Assembly: GCA_035533295.1 (NCBI GenBank)
Contig: DATLUA010000014.1
Span: 28,534 to 92,533 of the forward strand
Origin: Elusimicrobiota bacterium
Lineage (GTDB): Bacteria; Elusimicrobiota; Elusimicrobia; UBA1565; UBA9628
Length of the DNA stretch: 64,000 bases
Reading direction: 5' to 3'
The notes beneath the pieces were generated by a model, which worked only from the letters and a program-made list of their open reading frames with translations, had not been told where the DNA came from and did no database searches. This document shows positions 29,257-38,852 of this stretch, one piece after another. How positions within the stretch are numbered: position 1 is the first letter of the stretch; every line of letters begins with the position of its first letter. A program made the position numbers and the translations under genes.

Positions 29257-30582
29257 ATGAGCGGATGCGGCGACAAGTGCGGAGGATGCGGAGGGGGGTG
29301 CGGATCTGAATCCAAGCCCAAGGTGAGCAGCTTCGCGCCGGTGAAGCTATCCTTGACGTCTCGTGCCGCTTCGGCGCCGACGGCTGCTGTGGAAAAAAAC
29401 AGCGGCGGCCGAACGCCCGGCTTTAGGCGCTACCTGCCGCCCTTTAAGGTCTTCTTCACCTGGGACATCCAGTACGCCTGCAACTACCGCTGCAGCTACT
29501 GCATCATCTTCAAGAGCCCGCAATGGGATTCCTTCCTGTCCAAGAAGGACCGGCCGCCGATCCCTGCGGAGCGCTGGATGGAAATCTGGGACGACATCCA
29601 CGATCAATACGGCAGCGCTCACATCCACTGTTCAGGAGGCGAGCCGTTCTATTATCCGCGCTTCATCGACATCCTGGCCCACATCACCAAGAAGCATACG
29701 ATGGAGTGCGACACCAACTTGTCCTTTCCTGTCGACCAATTCATCGACAAAGTCGAGCGGGGGCGCTTCCGTTTCGCGCCGTCGTTTCATCCCGAGTTCG
29801 CGGAGATAGGCCCCTACATCGAAAAATGCGTGCGCTTAAGGAAGGCGGGCTATGACTTGGAGGGAGTTAATTATATCTGCTGGCCGCCGCATTTAAAGAA
29901 AATCCCTGAGTTCCAAAAGGCGTTCAACAAAATAGGCGTGGTTCTGACGCTTATTCCCTTTCGCGGGAGCTTCGCGGGTAAGGATTATCCCGACGCCTAC
30001 ACTCCGGAGGAGAGGCGCTGGATCAATCAGAACAGCGGCAATCCGGTGCTTTCGGAGGACTACGGCAACTGGTACAACGGCACCGGCCAGGGATCCAAAA
30101 AACACGAGAATCTGATGGTGGAGAAAGTTCCGCAGCAAGAACCTGAGCCGTTGCCGTCTTCCGCGGCCGTCGCGCCGATTACGCCGGCCCAGCCGGCGGC
30201 GGCACCTTCGCAAATTGCGGCGGGCCCCACGCCGGAGCCTTCTGAGGTCGCCTCGGAGACGGCGGCCAGGGCGCTGGAGGAAATTCGCGCCCACGAGGCG
30301 CAAAAGACGCGGGGAGAAGGTTGCGCCAGCCATGGTCGTACGGCCGTCAATTGCCGTGCCGGCCAGATGTACGCCAAAATCCATCCCGACGGCAACGCGC
30401 TGCGGTGCTGCTTCATCGACGAGCGAGGCTCGATGGGCAATCTCATCGACGGGACCTTTAAGCTCTACGATGAGCCGGAACTCTGCGAATATCCGGCCTG
30501 CAGCTGCTGGAAGAGCATGATTGTCGGAGAGGAGGGCCGCTGGCTGCGCCATTGGGTCGGCGTGGCCAAAAATGCCGCATGA
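29257..30582 (+). CDS. small radical SAM paralog E with Cys/Gly-rich N-terminal extension and internal Pro/Ala-rich insert
   Basis: N-terminus MSGCGDKCGGCGGGCGSES followed by a linker, then FTWDIQYACNYRCSYCII, GGEPFYYP, a PEP/PAQPAAAP-rich insert and CRAGQMYAKIHPDGNALRCC...CEYPACSCWKS. Confidence 0.85.
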   Translation: MSGCGDKCGGCGGGCGSESKPKVSSFAPVKLSLTSRAASAPTAAVEKNSGGRTPGFRRYLPPFKVFFTWDIQYACNYRCSYCIIFKSPQWDSFLSKKDRPPIPAERWMEIWDDIHDQYGSAHIHCSGGEPFYYPRFIDILAHITKKHTMECDTNLSFPVDQFIDKVERGRFRFAPSFHPEFAEIGPYIEKCVRLRKAGYDLEGVNYICWPPHLKKIPEFQKAFNKIGVVLTLIPFRGSFAGKDYPDAYTPEERRWINQNSGNPVLSEDYGNWYNGTGQGSKKHENLMVEKVPQQEPEPLPSSAAVAPITPAQPAAAPSQIAAGPTPEPSEVASETAARALEEIRAHEAQKTRGEGCASHGRTAVNCRAGQMYAKIHPDGNALRCCFIDERGSMGNLIDGTFKLYDEPELCEYPACSCWKSMIVGEEGRWLRHWVGVAKNAA

Positions 30583-31133
30583 AAATTTATTTAAGCTACA
30601 GTCTCGCCGAGAAAGATAAGTCTATTTTGGATAAGATCGTGGGACTTTCCTCCGATTTCGGCGTCACGGTGGTGCCGGCTCCTCGTTCATGGCCGTCTCA
30701 GGACGCCGTGCCGCCGGAGGTCGCCGAAGCCATCGACTCCGCGGATTTCGCACTTTTTTGGCTGACGGTTGACGGTCCGGCCCTCTCCTGCATCAACTTG
30801 GAGGCTGGTTATATACGGAATTCTCCCCGACGACTGCCTTTTATGATTTTTTCGCCTAACGGCTTTGAGCCCTCGGGATGCCTGCAGTATCGTCCTTTCG
30901 TTCGCTTCAATATCCGCGACACGCGAATCACCATCGGCCAGATCTGGGATTTTCTCCACCATGAATACTGCGACCAGCCGCAAGCGGCTGCTGCTTTTGG
31001 GGGCGTTTTATTGGCTCTCGTCGGGATGCTGTTGATGCGTCACGCGCCTGAGGTGCCGCCTCCCACGGATGATGAAAAATACCATGAGCAATTGCGCCAA
31101 GCCGCGGTCTTGCTGCGCGGAGGTCAGTCGTGA
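30579..31133 (+). CDS. hypothetical membrane-anchored protein (possible TIR-like fold)
   Basis: Starts MKIYLSYSLAEKDKSI, which is reminiscent of a TIR betaA strand, and has a C-terminal TM helix (AAFGGVLLALVGMLLM). ATGA overlap at 30579. The ORF is trimmed from 30552. Confidence 0.45.
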   Translation: MKIYLSYSLAEKDKSILDKIVGLSSDFGVTVVPAPRSWPSQDAVPPEVAEAIDSADFALFWLTVDGPALSCINLEAGYIRNSPRRLPFMIFSPNGFEPSGCLQYRPFVRFNIRDTRITIGQIWDFLHHEYCDQPQAAAAFGGVLLALVGMLLMRHAPEVPPPTDDEKYHEQLRQAAVLLRGGQS

Positions 31134-32527
31134 CGCCTGCTCGGCCGGCACCGTTTTCCGCCCCATCGGGACTCTCGCCGCGGGATCTCGCCCTACGGCA
31201 CGAGAAGCAGGCGCGCGAGCATTATTTGAAAGGGGATTATCCCTCCACGGTCGAAGATCTCAAGCGTTGCCTTGAAACCGCCGTCGTGCCCGAGCACAAG
31301 GACTTGCGCATGCGGCTCCTTATCCTGCAGAGCTTGCGCCGTTTCGGCAAGCAGGACGAGGCGTGGGCGGTCCTGCGGGAGATGGAGGGCCGCTACGGTG
31401 AAAGCGGCGAGAAATACATCCGGAATCTTCTGCTCAACGAAAAGGAGATTCAAGAAGGCCGCATTAAGATAGAGTCGTATCCCACGCGCCTGACCGTGCG
31501 GCCCACGAGCCGCTGCTCGGTCCACTGCATCATGTGCACATTTTGGAAGGAAACGCCGTGGGATATGCCGCAAAAAACCCTGGACGAGGTCGCCGATCTC
31601 TATCCTTACCTGGAGGACATCCTTTGGCAGGGCGGCGAACCCTTTGAGATGGATCGCGAGATTCTTGAGCGCATTCTTCTGCGCGGCCGCGACTATCCGC
31701 GCATGCTCCAGAACTTCATAACCAACGGGCAGCACATCGATGAGCGCTGGGCCAAGATATTGGTGAGCATGAACGTCCATATGAAGATTTCCATCGACGG
31801 CACGACCGCGGAAGTCTACGAGAAGATCCGGGTGAAGTCCAGCTTCGAAAAAATTCTAACCTCCATCCAGAATCTCAACGGCGAAATGACACGGCAAAAC
31901 CGGCGCATCGGATTCTGGATTCACATGGTGGTCCAGCGCTTGAATTACCACCAGATCACGGACATGATCGAGTTCGCCCACCAGTACGGCTTTGACGGCG
32001 TGGCCTTGAGTCCCATGGAGGGGGATCTCTACCGCAAGATAGACGTCTTCAACTACGGCGATCCGGAGATTTGGCGCTCCATCGAGGAGCAGCGCGCGCG
32101 GGCCCGGCAGATGTGCCTCGACTACGGGATTTACCTTGAGGACAACATGCCGCCCCCGCCTTCGCTGGAGGACAAACCGCACCCCATAAGCGAGGAGGAA
32201 AGCGAGAAGAGATTTTCGCTCTACCCCATGCCCTTCGAGGATGGAGCGCGCTACGTTTCCAAGGAGTACTCCTATTTCTGCCTCTCCCCGTGGAAGAATA
32301 TGATTCTCAGAAACGGCGGCGGCGTCCTGCCCAACTGGCACTGCGGCGAGCGCTACATCGGCAGCATCCATGAGAGCTCGCTTCTGGAGATTTGGAACGG
32401 CGAACCCATGCAGAACGTGCGCCGCGGGATTGTGGAACGGCGTTTCGGCGGCGTCTGCCGCCACTTCTGCCTCTCCGGGGCCCTGATGGAGACCTGGAAG
32501 CACCACATGGAGTGGTACTGGTCCTAA
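31130..32527 (+). CDS. radical SAM/SPASM domain protein with N-terminal helical (TPR-like) region
   Basis: CSVHCIMC motif and C-terminal SPASM (CLSPWKNMIL...LLEIWNGEPM...GGVCRHFC). GTG start within a GTGA overlap, with a GGAGG RBS. Confidence 0.8.
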   Translation: MTPARPAPFSAPSGLSPRDLALRHEKQAREHYLKGDYPSTVEDLKRCLETAVVPEHKDLRMRLLILQSLRRFGKQDEAWAVLREMEGRYGESGEKYIRNLLLNEKEIQEGRIKIESYPTRLTVRPTSRCSVHCIMCTFWKETPWDMPQKTLDEVADLYPYLEDILWQGGEPFEMDREILERILLRGRDYPRMLQNFITNGQHIDERWAKILVSMNVHMKISIDGTTAEVYEKIRVKSSFEKILTSIQNLNGEMTRQNRRIGFWIHMVVQRLNYHQITDMIEFAHQYGFDGVALSPMEGDLYRKIDVFNYGDPEIWRSIEEQRARARQMCLDYGIYLEDNMPPPPSLEDKPHPISEEESEKRFSLYPMPFEDGARYVSKEYSYFCLSPWKNMILRNGGGVLPNWHCGERYIGSIHESSLLEIWNGEPMQNVRRGIVERRFGGVCRHFCLSGALMETWKHHMEWYWS

Positions 32528-32549
32528 AGCCGGCGATTTTGAATCGAGC

Positions 32550-34154
32550 ATGAGCCATAAAGCCGACGTCTTCCTAGTTCAAATGCCTCAGGCCTGCCCC
32601 GAGCCTAACATGGCCTTGGCGCAGCTCTATGCTTACATGAAAAAGGAAGGATTCCAGACGCGGGTTATGGACATCAGCATCGCCCTCTACCATCGCCGCA
32701 AGGCCGTATCGGCGAATTTGTGGGCCGATGAGACTTGGTCCATATGGATGGATGAGGCGTTCGTATCCAGATTTCTCGCTGAGGACAAGGAATGGATGGA
32801 GGAACGTTGCCTCAAGGAAATTCTTTCGGCGCCTAATCCCGTCGTCGGTTTCTCGGTGAGTGGCCCCTCTTTGCGCTCAAGCCAAGTGCTGGCGCGCTGG
32901 ATTAAGGACATCCGTCCGGACGCGCTCATAGTCATGGGCGGCCAAGTCTTCGCGGTGGAGCCGTTTTTCTACCGGCAGGCCATGGAGGACGCCTGCGTCG
33001 ACGCCGTCATTCTTGGCGACGGGGAGGAGACGTTGGCTGAATTGGCCGCTCTCTATGGCGAGGGCCGGGACTGGGGGAGTTGCCGCGGACTTTACGTGCG
33101 CGACCCCAAAGGCGGCTTTCGCTTTATGGGAGAGCGGCCGCTTCTGGATCTCGATAGCCTGCCTTTTGCCGATTACTCTGCTTTCGACATGAGTCTTTAC
33201 GGGAGCAACCACGTCAGCGGGCACGACTTGGTCTTGATGACAAGCCGCGGCTGCGTGAGGCGTTGCTCCTTTTGCGGCAACCGCACGGCGTGGAAGGGCT
33301 TTCGTCAGATGAGCGGAGAGCGGGTTTACGCCGAGATTGAGCATCAGCGGCGAGCCATGCCGAGCCTCTCTCATCCCGACAGCGAAATTAAATTTTACGA
33401 TCTGCTCATCAACGGCGACATGAAGAAAATGGGTAAGATGGCCGAGCTTCTGGCCGAGGGGCCGGAACCGCCGCTGCCCTGGAAGGACGCCAACGCCGTC
33501 GTGCGTCCGGAAATGACATTCGATATTTGCAGCAGACTTTATCAGGCGGGATGCCGCATCCTGATCATCGGCATGGAGTCGGGTTCGCAGAAGGTCCTTG
33601 ATGCGATGGACAAAGGGCAAACCGTGAGCCAGATGAAGGAAGTGCTCAAAAACGCCCACCGCGCCGGCCTCAAAGTTCGCGCCAACTTCATGTTCGGCCA
33701 CCCCGGCGAGACCGATGAGGATTTTGGCCGGACGATGGATTTTCTAAAAGAAATGCACCCGTATATTTACCAAGCCTACCCCAGTTACACGTTCACGCAT
33801 TTGGAAGGCCGGCTGGCGCAGAACCCGGAGAAGTGGGGCGTGCGAAAAAATCAGCATTACCTGTATTGGGAATCGGACGACGGCAGCAATACGTTTCCTA
33901 AGCGCCTGGAGCGCTATAAGGCGTTCCGGGAACTGGCTGTCTCCTTGGGCAAGCTCCCCATGGGCGACGGGCTTGTGCTTTCATTGAACGCCTACACGCA
34001 TTTTAATTTCGGCGGCTACTATGAAAATCTGGGCCAGCCACGGGAAGCCCTTGATCATTACTGGGAATATTTGAGAGAGGATCCTTCCAACGCCTTTGTA
34101 AAAGAGAAGATATTGAAGCTTTCGCGGGCGCTGGCGGCGGTCGGAGCCGCTTGA
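32550..34154 (+). CDS. B12-binding-domain radical SAM protein (class B)
   Basis: ADVFLVQMP N-terminus, GDGEETLAEL and TSRGCVRRCSFC. 534 aa. Confidence 0.85.
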   Translation: MSHKADVFLVQMPQACPEPNMALAQLYAYMKKEGFQTRVMDISIALYHRRKAVSANLWADETWSIWMDEAFVSRFLAEDKEWMEERCLKEILSAPNPVVGFSVSGPSLRSSQVLARWIKDIRPDALIVMGGQVFAVEPFFYRQAMEDACVDAVILGDGEETLAELAALYGEGRDWGSCRGLYVRDPKGGFRFMGERPLLDLDSLPFADYSAFDMSLYGSNHVSGHDLVLMTSRGCVRRCSFCGNRTAWKGFRQMSGERVYAEIEHQRRAMPSLSHPDSEIKFYDLLINGDMKKMGKMAELLAEGPEPPLPWKDANAVVRPEMTFDICSRLYQAGCRILIIGMESGSQKVLDAMDKGQTVSQMKEVLKNAHRAGLKVRANFMFGHPGETDEDFGRTMDFLKEMHPYIYQAYPSYTFTHLEGRLAQNPEKWGVRKNQHYLYWESDDGSNTFPKRLERYKAFRELAVSLGKLPMGDGLVLSLNAYTHFNFGGYYENLGQPREALDHYWEYLREDPSNAFVKEKILKLSRALAAVGAA

Positions 34155-34230
34155 GGAAGTGCGCGGGATTTTTAGCCGCTCCGACGAAAAATTCCTGCTC
34201 GCGCGAAAAAGAGAAATCCTGCCCTAAACC

Positions 34231-35865
34231 ATGGCTCGTCATCCTTTGCGGGCACGTCTGATTCTTGCAGGGTGTTCCATCGCCGCGATTGTTATCATAG
34301 CGGCCGGGTTGGAGGCGTGGCAGAGAGCCTTTCATTCAGGCCCGGCGGCCTCTGATTTCGTCACGGAGAACCAGCTGACGTGGCAAAGAGAGATGGACAA
34401 GCCGCTTTTCCGCATCGTGAACCGGGGTGGACGATATTATTTGGTGCATGCGTACTCTGCGATGCGGTTTTCAACCGGCCCGGAACGGATTCTTCCGCTC
34501 GAAAAACCGCCGAGCAAGACGCGGCTGCTGTTCATCGGCGAGTCAAGCGCGGGGCTGTCCGCCACCGCAACGCGCAGGATTATTGACAGTGATCCGGATT
34601 TGGACCGCTTCGAGGTGCTCAATTGCGCCGTTAGCGGAGGCAGTTTGGTGATGGTGAAAAGCAGGTTTAGGGAATGCTCCCAATACTCTCCCGATGCCGC
34701 CGTTCTCCTTTTTGGGCACAACCTATTCTTCTCCCTGCGCCCCATTTCCTCGTTTTCCTATTGGGCGTTCGAGGTGTCGCGGCGCAGCGCGCTTTTGAAT
34801 CGGTTGGCGACCATGCTGCGCGACAATTATCTGGTGTCTTCCTGGAGTGCTTCTGACGATCCCGCCTCCCGCTGGCGGAGCTTGGATAAATTCATTGCGC
34901 AGGTCGCCGCCTTCACGCAAGCGCGGCATATCCCTTTAATTTTATGCACGGCGCCGGTCAATATGTGGGTTCCACCATATATCCCGCCCGACAAAAAATC
35001 CGGCATCCTTTATAACCCCAGCTATTTGGAAGCGCGCTACCTTTACGCGACCGGCCGACGAGAGGAGGCCATCAAGACGCTTGAGGACCTCGTTCTCGAC
35101 GCCCCCGTTGCCTGGTGGCGCTGGAAGCTCGGCGCTTGGCTCTACCGGAATGGGCAATACGGAGAAGCGGCTTTCTTTTTAAGCGACGCAAGAAACCTGG
35201 ACCAAGAGCGTGACCGCGCGTCGAGCGCCGTCAACGACGTCATCCGGCAATCCGCCCGCCGCTTCGGAGCCCTGGTGGACGCGGATCTCATGGTTCGGGA
35301 ACGTTCGCCGCACGGCATTTCGGGGTGGACGAGCTTTATTGATTGCCAGCACCTCAATGATCCGGCGTTCGCGAGCCTCGCCGCCTCGGTTTTGGGTGAT
35401 GTCAACGGCGGGCGCGCGCCGCGCGTGCATCTTCCTTGGGAGAAGAGATTGTCGCTGACGCAGCAGTTGGAGCACCCGCTTGTTCCTTTTTGGCAGGGAG
35501 ACTCCGTGAAATCTTCCAGGCTGTGGCTGACGCTGAGTTATGTGGCGCAGGCGCGGCTCGCGGAGGTTCTGGATCGGGGGGAATCGTCGGCGAAGGACGC
35601 GGCCCCCGCGGGAATCCATCGCGCCATCATATTCCTGGCATTCGCGCAGGCCTGCTGGCGCGCCGGTAAAAAAATCCAAGCGTTCCGGTTTAACGCGGAC
35701 GCAGCCCGAACGGCGCCGGGCTGGGAAGAGCCGCTCATTCAGCGGGCTTTGTTCGACCTTGGGTCGAACCGCCGGAGCGAGGCCGCGCTGCTTTTGCGCA
35801 AAGCCTTGAAAATAAATTCCGCCAGGGCAGACGCCGCGTATTTTCTCAAAAGGAGCGCAGGATAA
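34231..35865 (+). CDS. membrane-anchored SGNH-hydrolase-like protein with C-terminal TPR-like region
   Basis: N-terminal TM helix, a GDS-like block (LLFIGESSAG), block III (LLFGHNLFF) and DxxH (IDCQHL), then helical repeats. It is the last gene of the plus operon and overlaps the convergent gene by 20 nt. Confidence 0.7.
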   Translation: MARHPLRARLILAGCSIAAIVIIAAGLEAWQRAFHSGPAASDFVTENQLTWQREMDKPLFRIVNRGGRYYLVHAYSAMRFSTGPERILPLEKPPSKTRLLFIGESSAGLSATATRRIIDSDPDLDRFEVLNCAVSGGSLVMVKSRFRECSQYSPDAAVLLFGHNLFFSLRPISSFSYWAFEVSRRSALLNRLATMLRDNYLVSSWSASDDPASRWRSLDKFIAQVAAFTQARHIPLILCTAPVNMWVPPYIPPDKKSGILYNPSYLEARYLYATGRREEAIKTLEDLVLDAPVAWWRWKLGAWLYRNGQYGEAAFFLSDARNLDQERDRASSAVNDVIRQSARRFGALVDADLMVRERSPHGISGWTSFIDCQHLNDPAFASLAASVLGDVNGGRAPRVHLPWEKRLSLTQQLEHPLVPFWQGDSVKSSRLWLTLSYVAQARLAEVLDRGESSAKDAAPAGIHRAIIFLAFAQACWRAGKKIQAFRFNADAARTAPGWEEPLIQRALFDLGSNRRSEAALLLRKALKINSARADAAYFLKRSAG

Positions 35866-37102
35866 TTCTCCTTAATTCCCGCGCTTTTTCAGGGTAAGCC
35901 CGGTCATAGTAGTCAAGGATGGCCTTCTTCAAGGCCGGCGACCAAAATCGCCCGGGCCGATCAGCCAACGCGCGAAGAAAGACGCCCTTTTCAAGGCCTT
36001 CGCCGGCGGAAATATAATAAGACAGATCGCCTAATTTCCCGGAGTCGTCGCCCAGCCCTTCAGCTTCCCTGACGAACGCTTCGGCCAGAAAATCTTTCGT
36101 AACGCCAAGTGCTTCGCTATAGACGCCTTTTGAGCGGACGCGCATCCAGCGCCATTGCCTGGGCGGAGCGATCCATCCGCGCTTGTAAAGCCCATGGGCA
36201 ATGGCTCGGGCTATCAGCCACTGGCCGCGGAGAGAGGGGTGCACGTAATCGATAAGGCACTCCGGAACGAACTGACGGCAGTCACCAGCGTTCTTGAAAA
36301 AACGCCTGGTGTCGATGAAGGCCGCGTTTTTATTCTGTTGGGTGCTTAGAAATCGGTTGTAAGGAGGCGGCGAGTTGCGGCTCGCCAATATCTGGATGTT
36401 GATTTGGCCCAAAAGGACGACGCGAATGGAGCGTCTTTCTGCGAGCCTAATCATTTCCCGGATATTACGCTCGTAAAGAGGCATGAGCGCCGCGGGTTTG
36501 GGCGACGGCTCAGACAAATGCGCGGCCGCCAGTCGCATGATGGGGAAATAGCCCCGCAGCCAAAATAGGAGCCGGCCGAAACGATTGCCCATTTTATTTT
36601 GGAGCAGGCGCAGGTGGCCGTAGAGCTGCTCGTTGTTGCCCTCGTAGAGCACGAAAAGATCCGGGTGGTACTTGAGAACCTCCTTGACGATGGCCAGATC
36701 GCGGGTGCTGTCCGATCCGGAAACACCGGCGTTGATGACTTGGACGCGCCTATTCGGAAGCACATCCTTGAGAAGATGGCCCAGCCATTCCGGATAGCCG
36801 GCCCGCGGGTAGAACGGATAGCCTTCGGTGGTGGATTGGCCGATGCAAAAAATGCGGTAGGCTCCCGGCGCTTTCGCCGCAAGGAATTTTTTTTGATTCT
36901 CTCCATCGATGAAGATAACATGGGGGTTGGGAACCGCCCATTCTTGGTTATCGATGAATTCCTGGCGGTAGAGGGGGCGCTCCGAGATCAGCCAAGCTAT
37001 CCGCGGATCGGGCGCGGGTTGTCCGAACGTGAGCAGGTGAAGCGGAATTAAAACGGCGGCAACGGCGCTAATTGAGAGAATCGGGCGAGGAAGCCGCGTC
37101 AT
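35846..37102 (-). CDS. SGNH/GDSL hydrolase family protein
   Basis: RIFCIGQSTTEG (block I Ser), VLYEGNNE (block III) and DYVHPS (DxxH), with an N-terminal signal/TM sequence. It is the last gene of the minus operon. Confidence 0.75.
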   Translation of the reverse strand: MTRLPRPILSISAVAAVLIPLHLLTFGQPAPDPRIAWLISERPLYRQEFIDNQEWAVPNPHVIFIDGENQKKFLAAKAPGAYRIFCIGQSTTEGYPFYPRAGYPEWLGHLLKDVLPNRRVQVINAGVSGSDSTRDLAIVKEVLKYHPDLFVLYEGNNEQLYGHLRLLQNKMGNRFGRLLFWLRGYFPIMRLAAAHLSEPSPKPAALMPLYERNIREMIRLAERRSIRVVLLGQINIQILASRNSPPPYNRFLSTQQNKNAAFIDTRRFFKNAGDCRQFVPECLIDYVHPSLRGQWLIARAIAHGLYKRGWIAPPRQWRWMRVRSKGVYSEALGVTKDFLAEAFVREAEGLGDDSGKLGDLSYYISAGEGLEKGVFLRALADRPGRFWSPALKKAILDYYDRAYPEKARELRRIILRSF

Positions 37103-37119
37103 GGCTCGCCGGCTTGATT

Positions 37120-38845
37120 TTATTTGATGGAGGCCTCGGCGATTCTTTGCAAGTCTGAGAATGATGAATCGTACTGCTGGGCGTCGTGCTGCGCTCGGGC
37201 TTCGCGAACGGCTTGGGCGCCGTAGGCCAAAACGGCGGGAAACTCCCCCTGCCGGGCCGCGACTTCGAATAGGAGCCGTAGGATGTGGACCAATCCGCTC
37301 GGGTTTGGATTTTGCTGGGTTCTGGCGAGGACCGTCAGGGGAGCGATGCGGGGATCGTTCCGAAAATCCAGCAGCATCTTTTCGGCCTCCTGAAGCCGAC
37401 CGGTCTCGATGAGGAGCTTAACCATGGCGTAGAGGGCTTCGTAGATCGGAGCTTGGTAGATTATCTTCTCCTTCAAGCTCAGCGCGCGATTGAAAAGCTG
37501 CTCGGCCTCGTCATGGCGGCCTTGCCTGGCTCGGACTCGTCCCAGGAGCGTGTGCCCCATGATGACTCGGGTGTTGAAAGGCCTCCGTCGCGCCATCGCG
37601 GAGAGCAGGCATAGGATTTCGGCGGCCTCATCCAGCCTGTCTAAGTCGATCAGCGTGGCGCCGTTTTCGTGAAGGCTCTGGATTTCATAGGCGTGATCGT
37701 CTCCGAAAGGCTCATCGCGCAGCGCGCGGGCTTGATGAATGAAGTCCAACGCCTTTTCTTTGCGGCCGATCGTGTTGTTAACGCGGGCAAGCCCCCAAAG
37801 GAGCTTGGATCGCACGCTTCTGGCCGCTCCTATTTTGCCGGCGGATTCAAGGCACTGCCGATAGAGGTCTTCGGCGGCGCAATGGCGGCTGGTGCCGATC
37901 AGGATATCGGCAAATTGCGAGGTTTGGCAGGCCCAGGCGTAATCATAGCGTCCGCGGTTCGTCATGTTCTCCAAGGCGGTCCGGGCGACGATTTCGCCCG
38001 CTCCCCATTTTTTTTGACCCATGAAAACGCAGGTTAGCCGGGCGGCCTCGAAATCGTTCCGCGGCGCGTCGGCGGCGCAGCGGGGACCTCTCCAGGCTTC
38101 GCTGTGGAGAGTCTCGCCTTCCAATGAGCGCCCTGCGTCGCGAAAGCGGCTGGCGAAGGTTCGATAACCCTGATTCATAAACGCCCGCGTCCGAGGCCGA
38201 GGCGATGAGTTCTTGGCCTTCTGCGACTCTCCCGGAAGCGACCATGGCAAGTCCGCGTTGCATGTCCAACTCGGGAGAGGAAGCTCCGAGCGCGGCGGCT
38301 TTGGTCCCAAGAGCCATGACCTCTCCGAAGCGTTCCGAATGGAATAGGCTCTGGGCGAGTTCGCTCCAGACGTGTTTTTTCTCGGGGGATAGGTCCCTCG
38401 CCCGCATTAAGCTGCGGACCGCGCGCTCGAAATCGCCGTTTCGATCATAGACGCGGCCCAACTCGTAGCAAAAATCGGATTCTGCCGGGAAAGAGGACGC
38501 TCCTCGCTCCAGAACGGCCGCGGCTTCCGCGTTTTGCTCCTGATAGCGGAGGATGCGGCCCGCCGAAATAAGCGTTTGGGCGCCCGCGGGCCGCAGCGAC
38601 AGGATGCGACGGACTATCGCGCGGGATCGGGAGTAATCGCCCATTTCCCAGAGAGACTCCGCCAAGGAACGGGCGCTTTCCAACGCCCGGAAATCAGCTT
38701 CTCCGAAAAGCTCTCGGGCGCGCGTCAGCAGATTGTTGAAGCTGTTTGCCGCTTCGCGCAGGCGTCCGAGCCCGGCGGCCGCGCGCGCGCGCGCCAAGTC
38801 TTCATCCCAGGCCTTTTGCGTCAAAGCGTCATGCTGTTCGTTCAT
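37120..38845 (-). CDS. TPR-repeat protein read in two overlapping frames (38845-38165 and 38163-37120), with an apparent frameshift near 38165
   Basis: Both minus-strand ORFs (37943-38845 and 37120-38310) contain TPR-like repeats. The tail of the first and the head of the second are low-complexity junk over the overlapping nucleotides. Joining them near 38165 gives one continuous TPR protein. Confidence 0.5.
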
Positions 38846-38852
38846 GTGAAAA

